Positions 23,222 through 39,930 of a DNA stretch of 64,000 nucleotides are shown in pieces. A model generated the notes under the pieces. It did not search any database, was not told the origin of the DNA, and was given only the letters and a program-made list of their open reading frames with translations. How positions within the stretch are numbered: position 1 is the stretch's first letter; the number at the start of each line of letters is the position of its first letter. Location of the stretch: NCBI GenBank assembly GCA_002269645.1, contig NIVC01001050.1, positions 309,679-373,678 on the forward strand. The letters are read 5' to 3'. The position numbers were made by a program, and so were the translations under genes. Origin of the DNA: Macrostomum lignano (taxonomy: Eukaryota).

Positions 23222-24186
23222 TAATGGGTGTGAATTTCACTACAGCCATGTCAAATGTCAAAGGTTGAACAGCATGCATCAGCCAGTCAGAGATAGTTCA
23301 AATACTTTCACATTTCTCTAAAACTCCCACCAGCAATTCAAATTAAAGTCAATCGTTGAGAAACAGTGAGAACCTGTCGGAATTCATGATTGACAGGGCA
23401 ATGTTGCAAAAGATTTCCGGTGCAAAACAATTGGCCTAAGGCTACAACACAGGCATATGGGCAAAGTGAAAGCAGAGATAGATAAACATTCGAAAGAAAG
23501 AGTGACTGACTGTAAAACCGAGAAAGCACGCGCTAACTTGAAAGGGTTTGCTCAAGAATTGTTTTCCTGCAAGTGAAACTCCAGTGCTTGAAAGCCAGTA
23601 AGCCAACTCAAAGGAAAATATTAGCCTCGGTGACCTTGCAAACAGCTTGGGTTCGATAAAGGCGCAAAGTAACTCGCGCTTCTGCATTTTTAGAGCAAAC
23701 AGTTTAGGCGCAAGCTGCAGTTTGCAGTTGGCATACAGACAGGCAAATTGTGTGCAATCTGTCAGAATTTTTTATCTTCTTTTAGCTTCTCGGTTCGTCC
23801 GACAGCTCGCGCTGACCTCTATTGTGTGAGCAAGAATTGGAATTTCGACAGGGCCGAGCCGACTGTTGCTTCAAAAGCAGAAAGCCAGTTCTGACAGTGA
23901 CTCATGCCAGTAGAAAATAGCGCTTTCCGATGGGGTAATGGATTAGGTAGGTTTTGATGCTAAAAATAGACTACTCAACTAGGGAAGGGAGTAGACTGCA
24001 CTGTTGTGCAGCTGAAATAGAGCAAAACGGCTAAAATGATGGGTTCCTGGTTCCCGTTTTATATAATTGCTCAAAAATCCGCTTTAAGCCTAATTTGAGT
24101 ACGGAGTAGAGAGGCAGATTTGAGGGACAGATAATGAGCGGCTCAGTTTGTTTAAGCCTTCTTTTTGTGTCTAAAGGGGTTGAAGC

Positions 24187-24360
24187 CTAGTGGTTAGAGC
24201 GTTGGACTCACGACTGAAAGGTCGGGGGCTCGATTCTCGACCAACTCGGAACAATTTGTGTCCTTATTGAGCAAGACACTTAGCTCTGCATTGCTTCAGT
24301 TCACCCAGCTGTAAAATGGGTGCCAGCATTAGCTGGGGTAATTGAGGGTGTGTGTGGTAT
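24187..24360 (+). mobile_element. tRNA-derived SINE copy C, in CDKL intron 1
   Basis: High identity by eye to 15143-15310. Confidence 0.85.
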
Positions 24361-24426
24361 CTACAGAATTGGAAGTCGAGAAGGTGAAATCATTGCAATT
24401 TTGTGCCAAAAAAATAGATTCGCTAA

Positions 24427-24897
<471 letters not shown>

Positions 24898-24983
24898 TAA
24901 TCCAATTTCTTGCTTCTCCGTCTTTCATTCAAGTTTGCATTAATGCGGCCTGACTTTTTGTTGTTTTGCTTTGTTGCTTTTAG

Positions 24984-25056
24984 AATGGACCGAAGTCAGA
25001 TCAGGAAGATCACCTATCAACTGCTGGACGCTATAAGCTTCTGCCATTTGCACAAT
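24984..25056 (+). CDS. CDKL1: CDKL exon 3 (MDRSQIRKITYQLLDAISFCHLHN)
   Basis: TTTTAG acceptor, AAT|GTAAGT donor, 73 nt, in frame. Confidence 0.93.
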
Positions 25057-25174
25057 GTAAGTTGTGTTGCTGGTGGGATATTGCTAGCATGCTGGCTGTC
25101 TGAGATTGGAATTCTAAAGGACTATTTATAGTATAATTGATACTGACAATAAACCATGCGAGCTGTCAGATGGG

Positions 25175-25904
<730 letters not shown>

Positions 25905-26364
25905 TAGAAAACATGGACCGGGCCCTGTGCTAGTGAAAAGAAAGACTCGAAAGATGATGAAGAGAGTTAGGCTTGAGCAAGTGCTCACGCGAAGCCCTAT
26001 TAAGTTTGAGAATAATTGTTCTGCATTCAGGGCGTTCTTGTGCCAGCCAAAATGTCGCCAGCGCACATAAAAGAGAGAAAGAAACTCAGAAAGTGAAAGA
26101 GAAAGCAGTTTTTTTGTGGCCTGATTGGCACTGGCTGACTGCAGGCTTGAGCCATGCAGTTCTCACGTGCCATCGACTTGTCTGTTAGAACTTGAACAAA
26201 ACCCATGTCGGAAGAGAGGGCAGGGTGGCGACAATAGTCGAGACTGATTTTTTGCGTGCGACAGACAGCTCAAAAACCTCAATAGTCTCAAAGAAGACTA
26301 CATGCGAAATCTATGGCTCGTGTTTAGCTGGTGTGCTGAGCATGAGCTTGAGCTAGGAGAATAG

Positions 26365-26960
26365 AGATCGAGATCCATATCTAGAGATCCTGCAATGAGA
26401 TCTAGAGATTCTACAATGAGATCTAGAGATTCCTGCAATGAGATCTAGAGATTCCTGCAATGAGATCTAGAGATTCGAGAGTGAGATTTAGAGATTTCAG
26501 AGCGAGATCTAGAGGTTACCAATGAGATCCATAGATTCGAGAGTGAGATCTAGAGGTTCTACAATGAGATCCATAGATTCGAGAGTGAGATCTAGAGGTT
26601 CTACAATGAGATCCATAGATTCGATAGTGAGATCTAGAGGTTCTACATCGAGATCCATAGATTCGAGAGTGAGATCTAGAGGTTCTACAATGAGATCCAT
26701 AGATTCGAGAGTGAGATCTAGAGGTTCTACAATGAGATCTAGAGATTCAACAATGAGATCTAGAGATTCTACAATGAGATCTAGAGATTTAAGAGTGAGA
26801 TCTAGAGGTTCTACAATGAGATTTAGAGATTCTACAATGAGATCTAGAGATTCGAGAGTGAGATTTAGAGATTTGAGAGCGAGATCTAGAGGTTCTACAA
26901 TGAGATCCAGAGATTCAAGAATGAGATCTAGAGGTTCTACAATGAGATCTATAGATTCGA
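26365..26960. repeat. 21-bp minisatellite GAGATCTAGAGGTTCTACAAT, alternating variants
   Basis: About 28 units in CDKL intron 4. Confidence 0.92.
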
Positions 26961-27027
26961 GAGCAGGGTGCGCACAGCCCTTTATCAAATATTATGCTAC
27001 TCGTATTGTTAAAAGCACATTGTTTAA

Positions 27028-27507
<480 letters not shown>

Positions 27508-27864
27508 TAAACCAAGCTTAACTGACAGCACTTCTGAACAGATAAACGTATCAATTTCAGTTTAGGCTCTAGCATAACCTTTGCTCAGCTACCCACCGCA
27601 GTCTCATCATCTCTCAGTCTCTCTCCCTGCTCTCTCGGCCTTCTATTGTCGCTCAAGAAAATTTGATTGACACATTGGCCTCTCTTATTGAGCTGGGTGG
27701 GTGAGTCCGCCACTAAAATGGTCAGTCACTGGTCGTGTGCGTCATACGAGCGTACGAGTACTAACAACTGGCTGTTCCTGCACCCAGTCCGTAATATTTT
27801 CTTCTTTTAGCAAAAAACACCAAAACCAAAACAAATCTTAGCCTTTGACAGCATTGCACGCAAT

Positions 27865-28340
27865 TTGATATCAGTGGCGCTACATTTGATATCAGTGGCG
27901 CTACATTTGATGTCAGTGGCGCTACATTTGGTGTCAGTGGCGCTACATTTGATATCAGCTGTGGCGCTACATTTGGTGTCAGTGGCGCTACATTTGATAT
28001 CAGTGGCGCTACATTTGATATCAGCTGTGGCGCTACATTTGATGTCAGCTGTGGCGCTACATTTGATATCAGCTGTGGCGCTACATTTGATATCAGTGGC
28101 GCTACATTTGATATCAGTGGCGCTACATTTGATGTCAGTGGCGCTAAATTTGATATCAGTGGCGCTACATTTGATATCAGTGGCGCTACATTTGATATCA
28201 GTGGCGCTACATTTGATGTCAGTGGCGCTACATTTGATATCAGTGGCGCTACGTTTGATGTCAGGGGCGCTACATTTGATATCAGTGGCGCTGCATTTGA
28301 TGTCAGTGGCGCTACATTTGATGTCAGTGGCGCTACATTT
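27865..28340. repeat. 21-bp minisatellite CAGTGGCGCTACATTTGATAT
   Basis: About 22 units, some with a 3-nt insertion. Confidence 0.93.
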
Positions 28341-28696
28341 GAGGCTCATCAGAAGCAGTTCCATTTCATCAGAGGTAGAAATGGAACTTTGTAACTTGGC
28401 CCGATTCTGTTTCTTTGATTAGTTTACAACCCTTTAACTTTAACCCTTGCAAAATTTCGGTCACTAGTGCTAAGAGACCAATGTTGTAAACATGAAGAGC
28501 AATAAATAAAAAGATTTTTCAGGTGAAAATGAAAAAAATTGTCAAATTAGATAAACATTAGATAACAGAGTTCAGCCCCGGGCACCAAATACAGTCGTCT
28601 TTGGACTCGTTTAAACTTTCAAGTACCGTAGCATTTTTGTTTTACTACTATATGAAATATTTGAAATTTGTTATTTCTAATAAATTTTCAAATTGA

Positions 28697-28813
<117 letters not shown>

Positions 28814-28844
28814 TGAATGCTCACGACAATTCTTCATGTTGGTA

Positions 28845-29463
28845 GACTCGAATTCTAATCTGAGTAGACTTGAATTCTAATCTGAGTAGACTTGAATTCT
28901 AATTTGAGTAGACTCGAATTCTAATCTGAGTAGACTCGAATTCTAATTTGAGTAGACTCAAATTCTAATCTGAGTAGACTTGAATTCTAAATCTGAGTAG
29001 ACTTGAATTCTAATCTGAGTAGACTCGAATTCTAATTTGAGTAGACTCGAATTCTAATCTGAGTAGACTCGAATTCCAATCTGAGTAGACTTGAATTCTA
29101 ATTTGAGTAGACTCGAATTCTAATCTGAGTAGACTCGAATTCTAATCTGAGTAGACTCGAATTCCAATCTGAGTACACTCGAATTCTAATCTGAGTAGAC
29201 TTGAATTCTAATCTGAGTAGACTCGAATTCTAATCTGAGTAGACTTGAATTCCAATCTGAGTAGACTCAAATTCTAATTTGAGTAGACTCGAATTCTAAT
29301 CTGAGTAGACTCGAATTCTAATCTGAGTAGACTCGAATTCTAATCTGAGTAGACTCGAATTCCAATCTGAGTACACTCGAATTCTAATCTGAGTAGACTC
29401 GAATTCTAATCTGAGTAGACTTGAATTCTGATCTGAGTAGACTCGAATTCTAATCTGAGTAGA
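28845..29463. repeat. 22-bp minisatellite GAGTAGACTCGAATTCTAATCT
   Basis: About 28 units in CDKL intron 6. Confidence 0.93.
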
Positions 29464-29755
29464 CATTCCGATGATGAATAAGGATCTATCTAATTTTGAG
29501 TAGAAAAACGAATACTATCGTAGATGAGGGAAAAATGCTTCAATACTTCATCAAAGAATGCCGCCCAGAACATCAAACAGAAGCCCGAGAGAGAAAAGCC
29601 GAAAGAGAAGCCGCCAGTTCCCAGAAAGCAAACAGTCTCACACAGCAGGCGCAAAAGCTCTGTGAAAAGCTTACACATCGCGTTTGCAATTTTGAAAATG
29701 GTGTTTCTCAAGCAAACAAAAAAGCCTGGAAACTTATTGCGCGCGTTTCTTGCAG

Positions 29756-29983
29756 GACCAGATTGAACAGAAGTTCGTTCACATGCGGGAGCCGCTGACC
29801 CAGAAGGAGTTGCAATTCCTGCACTTCTGCTTCAAGATGGACCCTGTGCAACGAGCCACCTGCGAGGAGCTGAAGAAGACTGACTACTTCGATAAGGCCG
29901 TCTTTGGCGACCTGTACCGAGAGGATGACAGCGGGATGACCCGGCGAAGAGCCAGGACTCTGGACCATAAACAGCGCTCCCAG
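29756..29983 (+). CDS. CDKL1: CDKL exon 7 (DQIEQKF...FKMDPVQRATCEELKKTDYF...KQRSQ)
   Basis: Kinase subdomain XI (MDP..R.T..EL); TTGCAG acceptor, CAG|GT donor; 228 nt. Confidence 0.88.
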
Positions 29984-30019
29984 GTGCACCTCAATGTTAT
30001 TTGAGTCTCTTTAATAGAT

Positions 30020-30480
30020 TAGTTCAGGTCTCAGGTAGAATGAGTTCAGATCTCAGGTAGAATGAGTTCAGATCTCAGGTAGAATGAGTTCAGATCTCAG
30101 GTAGAATGAGTTCAGATCTCAGGTAGAATGAGTTCAGATCTCAGGTAGAATGAGTTCAGATCTCAGAATGAGTTCAGATCTCAGGTAGAATGAGTTCAGA
30201 TCTCAGGTAGAATGAGTTCAGATCTCAGGTAGAATGAGTTCAGATCTCAGAATGAGTTCAGATCTCAGGTAGAATGAGTTCAGATCTCAGGTAGAATGAG
30301 TTCAGATCTCAGGTAGAATGAGTTCAGATCTCAGGTACGAGAATGAGTTCAGGTCTCAGGTAGAATGAGTTCAGGTCTCAGGTAGAATGAGTTCAGATCT
30401 CAGGTAGAATGAGTTCAGATCTCAGGACAGAATGAGTTCAGATCTCAGGTAGAATGAGTTCCAATCTCAGGTAGAGTGAG
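30020..30480. repeat. 22-bp minisatellite GAATGAGTTCAGATCTCAGGTA
   Basis: About 21 units filling CDKL intron 7. Confidence 0.93.
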
Positions 30481-30531
30481 CTATTTAGAACTATTTCATA
30501 TTCGAGACCGAATGGCTCAATCGCTTTTCAG

Positions 30532-30672
30532 TGGCCATCGCTGCAGCAGAACCATCAGCAAGCGGTTATGAGGTCTCCACCGAATCAGCACCCGCAGCTG
30601 ATGCTGCAGGCCAGCAAAGTCGCAAAGCAGCAGCAGCAGAAACCGCCTCATCTTCCCAGCATTACTCATTGA
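30532..30672 (+). CDS. CDKL1: CDKL terminal exon 8 (WPSLQQNHQQ...QQQQKPPHLPSITH*)
   Basis: CTTTTCAG acceptor; in frame with exon 7; ends in a HLPxI motif and TGA. Total CDS 1107 nt (368 aa). Confidence 0.75.
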   Translation, partial: WPSLQQNHQQAVMRSPPNQHPQLMLQASKVAKQQQQKPPHLPSITH

Positions 30673-30904
30673 GAAAGCTTTTTATTGAATTGTTTTAGCT
30701 ACCTGATTTCGGCGACTATAGAACCAAAAATGCTTTTTACGGTTTTCCTAGCACTAATTTGAGAGGTATTTTTCATCTTTTAGACACTCCAGTTTTATAG
30801 GAATTGGTCACGGACAACTGGGACAACTGCAGTAGAAGGATGCCATACTCGATTTTCTTATAAATGATAAATGGGCTGTAAGGCCGCGGTTGCAGAGGCC
30901 GCAG

Positions 30905-31285
30905 AGAAGGAGAGGAAAGGAGAGGTGAGAAGGAGAGGAAAGGAGAGGTGAGAAGGAGAGGAAAAGAGAGGTGAGAAGGAGAGGAAAGGAGAGGTGAGAA
31001 GGAGAGGAAAGGAGAGGTGAGAAGGAGAGGAAAGGAGAGGTGAGAAGGAGAGGAAAGGAGATGTGAGAAGGAGAGGAAAGGAGAGGTGAGAAGGAGAGGA
31101 AAGGAGAGGTGAGAAGGAGAGGAAAGGAGATGTGAGAAGGAGAGGAAAGGAGAGGTGAGAAGGAGAGGAAAGGAGAGGTGAGAAGGAGAGGAAAGGAGAG
31201 GTGAGAAAGAGAGGAAAGGAGAGGTGAGAAGGAGAGGAAAGGAGAGGTGAGAAGGAGAGGAAAGGAGAGGTGAGAAGGTGAGAAG
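30905..31285. repeat. 23-bp purine minisatellite GAGGAAAGGAGAGGTGAGAAGGA
   Basis: About 16 units downstream of the CDKL stop. Confidence 0.92.
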
Positions 31286-33684
31286 AGAAGAGAGAAATGA
31301 GAAGAGAGAGGAGATTCAACTAGGGAGCAAAGAAGAGACAAAACCTTGAGCGGCCCGGATTGCCATTGTGACGTTTCAAAGGACACGAGGGCCGGATAGA
31401 GAGGCTCGTGGACCGGAGTTAGCCGACCCCTACTCCAGGGAGCATACTAAAAGCACTGGCGATACTACAAATATATGTTTCCTTACAGCCTTACAGCCCA
31501 TTTCTAAGAAAGCCGTGCGCAGCGTCCTGCTACTGCAGCTCAAATATATTCATCAGTTAAGTGCTACAGAAAACAACTGGAAAGTATATTACTCGTGACG
31601 TGATGATGGTTATTTTTAGTAACCGAAAACTGATCAATTGATACACAAATTTATTTAATAACAGTAAAAAGTACATCCAGGGAAGCGTTTACTTTATATA
31701 TTTTTGTGTGTATAGCCAGTTCTGCTGTTTTGCCTATGAGCCATATTGGCTGCAACTGCAAGTACCCCACCGCCACTCCCATTATGTTGTCTGTTTCCGC
31801 TGCTCTCAAAACACGGAAGCTAGCTTAGTAATGCAATAACCTAACCAAGGACTCTTAAAATGATCACTAATTGGACTGGAAACCAATTGGCAGGAAGATT
31901 ACAAGGGGAAGACACGGTTTGGATGACAGTCAAAATATTTTACGTCTGCATTGTGCCTCTTTAGTGTAAACTACTAAAAGCAGTGAGCAATAGCTCCAAT
32001 CCAGTCCAGTCTATACCGAGAGTCGTTCTGGGAGTCCATGAATCCAACTGAGAGACGGGCTATAATTAGAAACGGCTATGGTTTTACGTATTTTTGCCTC
32101 ATTCCAACCCCGCCTGTACTTTCTTGTGTTTTCCCTCGTTTCCCAATACAATCAAAAACATTGTCAAATTTAGCAAAACTTTGCCAAACAAAGAGGCTTC
32201 CCTAACCATGGATGGAAGCGACACTGGCCAACGCCAAATTTTATGCCTGGTTTAGTAGTCTCTGCCACAGATAACTGAGATAACTTAATGGCGTTTTCTA
32301 CTTTCAGTTCAGTAGCTAGAAAGAATACCTAAGCTATTTTATGAAAAAACGCTAGTTAAAAGGACTTGATAAGTTTAGAAGCCACGGCTTGCAGGCGTAA
32401 ACAACAATTGCAAGCCGTAATGTACATTTAGCCAACGCAAACTCAAATAATGTACATGGCTGGCAGTTTTAGGATTGGAACGCCCAGAGGAGGGCAATAA
32501 AAATTGGGCGGCGGGTCGGGGTAGAGATTCTGAGAGGAAAGAGGCTCTGGGCGGGGTTTAGCTAGCTAGCGCAGTTAGGAGCCGGCGGAAGGGGGGGGTT
32601 TAAAAGCCAATTAATGAGCCTTGTCTTTAAAAAACATTAAAGTGCTTCTGTTTAACTTTCTACTGAACTGAAAGTAGTATACACGCAAATGTTGTGAAAG
32701 CGGAGAGATTCCGAAAGTGAAAAATTAAATAAGAAACTTTTCTGCATAAAGAAAAATATTATCTAAGCGTCTCTGACCCGATAGTAATATTAAAAAATGA
32801 ACCGTACCTATTCCGGTAGCTAGCATATTTTTCCGGACAAAAGGAATTTTAAGGCCTCTTGCTGCTTTAAGTAGTCGTTTTGTTGGTTTTTTTGCTTGCC
32901 TCTATAGTGCAATATAGCGACCCGGGGTTTAAAAGGGAGTTCATTGTGTGAGATGGGAGCTCAACAGCAGAGCAGTCACAGTTTGGGAGACAAAAGCTAG
33001 CTATTCTAACGCAAACTGTGGAAATAGAGTCAGGCCTGAAAAAAGCTTATGAATAATTTCTGCCCACACCGGAAACCGATAGCGTCCTTAGCAACCATTC
33101 TTTCACTAATCCAACCCAGCCGACATCAGAACCCCAGGCTTAGCATTAAGTCAGGCAAATTGTTCAAGACTGCGCGTAAACTGCTCCCAGTGTCTGGCAT
33201 GCTCATTTATGACTTACGATACTTAAGCATTAAAACAAATTAATTGCATGGAAACTCAATAAATTTTGCTTTATGTTTACATAAACTATGACTTTAAAAA
33301 TTCTGACTGATAATAATTACAACATTGCTAACAATTTCAATTTATTTTTACCATTTAAGTGTTATAAAATATAGATTTTATGCCACAATTATTCGTCTTT
33401 ACCGGCTTTGTAAATTTTCGCTTTTTCATTGAAAATCACGAACAACTATAATATAAAACAGTTTTTGATGCATTGGTGTTGATTTATCTACATTGACTTT
33501 GTTTATTAGTCTCATTTGTTGCCGTCACCATTGTCTATAAATTCGCGATCGAAAAAAATAATATGCTATACAGCCTACTTACAGTAGCAAGTAATGAATT
33601 CCGTAGTGTAGTACGCAAGAATTTTAATTGGAAAGACCGACTAGTGAAGGGTGCGGATAATGCCTTCCTTCTGCATGCAAGATT

Positions 33685-34522
<838 letters not shown>

Positions 34523-35279
34523 CAGCACACACTGACAGCACTTTCCCATCACGCGCTTTGTTTGCGGCCTTCAGCCTGCAGTTGGCAGGCAAGCGGAAGC
34601 AGATCGCACAAAGCAAATCTTCTTGCCGCCTCACACTCTCCGGCGCAGAAGCAGCAACAGCAATGCAAGCAGAGGATTTTCCTTTCCGCTCGGGCTCCGC
34701 TCCCGAAAGACACCACACGCAGAGAATGTACAACTCAATAGATTTCAAATCAACCCAGTCCACTTTCGATACATATCGGTCGTGTCTGTTTATTTCTTCT
34801 CACCACTCTACTTATTAGAAGCATCTTTCTTCGCTGAAAAAGTTACACACAATAATCGGACTACAGACAAGCAGTCAAAGTGCCCCGGCTAGAAGGGTAG
34901 GCCCGGACAAGAGGGTCGAGCCAGATATGGCTTAAACTACAAATGGGAGGGGATGCGAGGTCTGAGGGCCTCCCCCTCAAGTCCCGTGCCGCATTCCGGA
35001 GAGGCCGGCGGCCATTCATAAATCTCGGGCCAAGCAGCTGCGCGGCCTGGCCGCCTATTGACCGATTTGGCCGCTCGCAGTCTTCGCGGGGAAATTCCTG
35101 CCACAGCTTGTTCACCTGCATCGGCTGCAGCCCCCTCTTCCGGGCTCTTCCAGACTCTTTGGGATCTTTCCTTTCACTCCCTGCACCAGCACCTCCCCTC
35201 TGCGATATCCGAGGCACAAATTAAATGCCCTGCAGGATTGCACTTGCGCTGTGCGAATGGGACTTTATCGCCTGATGTC

Positions 35280-35630
<351 letters not shown>

Positions 35631-37149
35631 CATCGTTCCAGGTATTAACTAGTGATAAAATAAGCTTACGAGCGGACATTGTAAACGCTCTTCAGGAAAC
35701 TTGTTGGCACTGCTAAACTGGAAGCTAACTAGGTTGGTAGCCGCAGATTAATAATGAATACTTGTCGGTTCTAGCTGGTCTGTGCAGTTCTGTGATTTTA
35801 CTGTTGCCGCGATAGCTTGTAAAGTTGCGTACTTTGATGAAAAATTATGCGATGACGCTGTACCTGCGGGATAGGTGGAGATTGAGGTAAAAAGCGATAT
35901 AGAAAAGTTGACACGTAAGCAGTAGATTGTGAGTCAGACCTGAAAAGACGGAAATCAAGAGACAGTCAATGCTTATGCGGAATGACAATTGTTGAGAAAG
36001 TAGAGGAGGAGCAGCAGCTTAAAAGTTCAACCGTTAAAAGTACATTTTCTGTAACTTAATTTGAAGGAGAAAGAAACTACCAGAGAAGGCAGAGAACCGA
36101 CCCGCTACTGTTGCGAAAGCTTTTAAATGAAAGTATCAAATAACAGGCTTTCTTTTAAAGACGAATTTCTTTACAGAAAGGAAGCAAAGGGCAGGGAAAA
36201 TCCAAGTCAAAGATCAAAAGACCTGCCTAAAATCGAAAATCAAACGCGACAGGGACATCGATTTTGAATTCGAAACCCGAAAACCTAAAAACATCAAAAA
36301 CAGTTTTCCGGAAATTTTTCGCGAGAGTTTAGCTAATATTCTATGAGGTACATGTTTAGTATAGATGGACTAGCACTCGGCCCCCCTTAGGGGAAACCAA
36401 GAATTTTTCGGAAGGGGTCCAGTCTTTTAGCACAAGGGGCGCACAAAATACTCTTGCCCCTGAGCCAAAAACTATAAAATAAACGAAAGCTGACAGAATG
36501 TCTGTCGCAGTCACAAAGACTGTTCGGTCACTGTCGGTTTCACCAGAGAGTCTGCAACCCACCCAAGCATGCGCTGTCTCACTGAGTCCCGCTAATCCAC
36601 CCGATGATCTGGTTAGTTAGACGCGGTAGGGGATCGCACAGAAGTTCAGAGAGTGCATGGGAAAACGATTTTCGAGAACAACTTTCACGCACTCTGGACG
36701 TGAATCTGGGCGCTCCGCCCTCTCTGTCCCCCTCTCAGTGTCTGTCTGTCTCTCTGTGACATGAGGACCAATTTTCTCCGCAAGGCAGAGATCGAGGACT
36801 GCAAAGAGTGAGCTCTGGGTCCTTCCTTAATCTGGGAGTCGATGCCTGCTCAATAATTCAATAGTTTGCTCTTTCTATCTTACTGAAAAAATGTTCTCCG
36901 CTTCTTGCAAAGAGATTATCTCTTGCAACTGTATGTGTTTCCGCCGGCTGTGCTAACTTAAATGGGTTCTCTATGCTAACCGCCAACGGTCTTCTTCAAA
37001 CCAAGAAGGCTTTTTCATAAATTCAAGTGAAGCAAAAAAGACAATTCTAAAACTGGATTGAAGAATAATATTAGTCATTTGAATAACTTCAAGGGTAGAT
37101 ATTTCTACCTCACTAATTGTGCGCCACTTAATATGCACTGAGCAGGTTC

Positions 37150-39930
37150 AAGGGAGCCGAGAGGCAGATTCAGGGACTGAGGGAGCCGAGAAGCAGATTC
37201 AGGGAGACTGAGGAGCGGAGAGGCAGATTCAGGGACTCAGGGAGGAGCGGAGAGGCAGATTGAATCACTGAGGGAGCAGAGAGGCAGATTCAATCACTGA
37301 GGGAGCAGTGAGGCAGATTCAATCACTGAGGGAGCAGTGAGGCAGATTCAATCACTGAGGGAGCAGTGAGGCAGATTCAATCACTGAGGGAGCAGTGAGG
37401 CAGATTCAATCACTGAGGGAGCAGTGACGCAGATTCAATCACTGAGGGAGCGGAGAGGCAGATTCAATCACTGAGGGAGTGGAGAGGCAGATTCAATCAC
37501 TGAGGGAGCAGAGAGGCAGATTCAATCACTGAGGGAGCAGTGAGGCAGATTCAATCACTGAGGGAGCAGTGAGGCAGATTCAATCACTGAGGGAGCGGAG
37601 AGGCAGATTCAATCACTGAGGGAGCAGTGAGGCAGATTCAATCACTGAGGGAGCAGTGAGGCAGATTCAATCACTGAGGGAGCGGAGAGGCAGATTCAAT
37701 CACTGAGGGAGCAGTGAGGCAGATTCAATCACTGAGGGAGCAGTGAGGCAGATTCAATCACTGAGGGAGCAGTGAGGCAGATTCAATCACTGAGGGAGCA
37801 GAGAGGCAGATTCAATCACTGAGGGAGCAGTGAGGCAGATTCAATCACTGAGGGAGCAGTGAGGCAGATTCAATCACTGAGGGAGCGGAGAGGCAGATTC
37901 AATCACTGAGGGAGCGGAGAGGCAGATTCAATCACTGAGGGAGCGGAGAGGCAGATTCAATCACTGAGGGAGCGGAGAGGCAGATTCAATCACTGAGGGA
38001 GCGGAGAGGCAGATTCAATCACTGAGGGAGCGGAGAGGCAGATTCAATCACTGAGGGAGCGGAGAGGCAGATTCAATCACTGAGGGAGCGGAGAGGCAGA
38101 TTCAATCACTGAGGGAGCAGAGAGGCAGATTCAATCACTGAGGGAGCAGAGAGGCAGATTCAATCACTGAGGGAGCAGTGAGGCAGATTCAATCACTGAG
38201 GGAGCGGAGAGGCAGATTCAATCACTGAGGGAGCGGAGAGGCAGATTCAATCACTGAGGGAGCAGTGAGGCAGATTCAATCACTGAGGGAGCGGAGAGGC
38301 AGATTCAATCACTGAGGGAGCAGTGAGGCAGATTCAATCACTGAGGGAGCGGAGAGGCAGATTCAATCACTGAGGGAGCGGAGAGGCAGATTCAATCACT
38401 GAGGGAGCAGAGAAGCAGATTCAATCACTGAGGGAGCGGAGAGGCAGATTCAATCACTGAGGGAGCAGAGAGGCAGATTCAATCACTGAGGGAGCGGAGA
38501 GGCAGATTCAATCACTGAGGGAGCGGAGAGGCAGATTCAATCACTGAGGGAGCGGAGAGGCAGATTCAATCACTGAGGGAGCGGAGAGGCAGATTCAATC
38601 ACTGAGGGAGCAGAGAGGCAGATTCAATCACTGAGGGAGCAGAGAGGCAGATTCAATCACTGAGGGAGCAGAGAGGCAGATTCAATCACTGAGGGAGCGG
38701 AGAGGCAGATTGAAGGGCTGAGGGAGCGGAGAGGCAGATTCAATCACTGAGGGAGCGGAGAGGCAGATTCAATCACTGAGGGAGCGGAGAGGCAGATTGA
38801 AGGGCTGAGGGAGCGGAGAGGCAGATTCAATCACTGAGGGAGCGGAGAGGCAGATTCAATCACTGAGGGAGCGGAGAGGCAGATTCAATCACTGAGGGAG
38901 CAGTGAGGCAGATTCAATCACTGAGGGAGCGGAGAGGCAGATTCAATCACTGAGGGAGCGGAGAGGCAGATTCAATCACTGAGGGAGCGGAGAGGCAGAT
39001 TCAATCACTGAGGGAGCAGAGAGGCAGATTCAATCACTGAGGGAGCGGAGAGGCAGATTCAATCACTGAGGGAGCAGAGAGGCAGATTCAATCACTGAGG
39101 GAGCGGAGAGGCAGATTCAATCACTGAGGGAGCGGAGAGGCAGATTCAATCACTGAGGGAGCGGAGAGGCAGATTGAAGGGCTGAGGGAGCGGAGAGGCA
39201 GATTCAATCACTGAGGGAGCGGAGAGGCAGATTCAATCACTGAGGGAGCGGAGAGGCAGATTGAAGGGCTGAGGGAGCGGAGAGGCAGATTCAATCACTG
39301 AGGGAGCGGAGAGGCAGATTCAATCACTGAGGGAGCAGAGAGGCAGATTCAATCACTGAGGGAGCAGTGAGGCAGATTCAATCACTGAGGGAGCGGAGAG
39401 GCAGATTCAATCACTGAGGGAGCGGAGAGGCAGATTCAATCACTGAGGGAGCGGAGAGGCAGATTCAATCACTGAGGGAGCGGAGAGGCAGATTCAATCA
39501 CTGAGGGAGCAGAGAGGCAGATTCAATCACTGAGGGAGCGGAGAGGCAGATTCAATCACTGAGGGAGCGGAGAGGCAGATTCAATCACTGAGGGAGCGGA
39601 GAGGCAGATTCAATCACTGAGGGAGCGGAGAGGCAGATTCAATCACTGAGGGAGCAGAGAGGCAGATTCAATCACTGAGGGAGCGGAGAGGCAGATTCAA
39701 TCACTGAGGGAGCGGAGAGGCAGATTCAATCACTGAGGGAGCGGAGAGGCAGATTCAATCACTGAGGGAGCGGAGAGGCAGATTCAATCACTGAGGGAGC
39801 GGAGAGGCAGATTCAATCACTGAGGGAGCGGAGAGGCAGATTCAATCACTGAGGGAGCGGAGAGGCAGATTCAATCACTGAGGGAGCGGAGAGGCAGATT
39901 CAATCACTGAGGGAGCAGAGAGGCAGATTC
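37150..39930. repeat. 29-bp minisatellite GAGGGAGCGGAGAGGCAGATTCAATCACT, ~95 copies
   Basis: Largest array in the window; variants CGGA/CAGA/CAGT and rare TTGAAGGGCT units. Confidence 0.96.

Noticed and set aside
37150-39930. Regular 29-bp repeats (and other 21-33 bp arrays) as a CRISPR array
   Set aside because: Units are directly adjacent with no unique spacers, there are no cas genes, and the context is eukaryotic.
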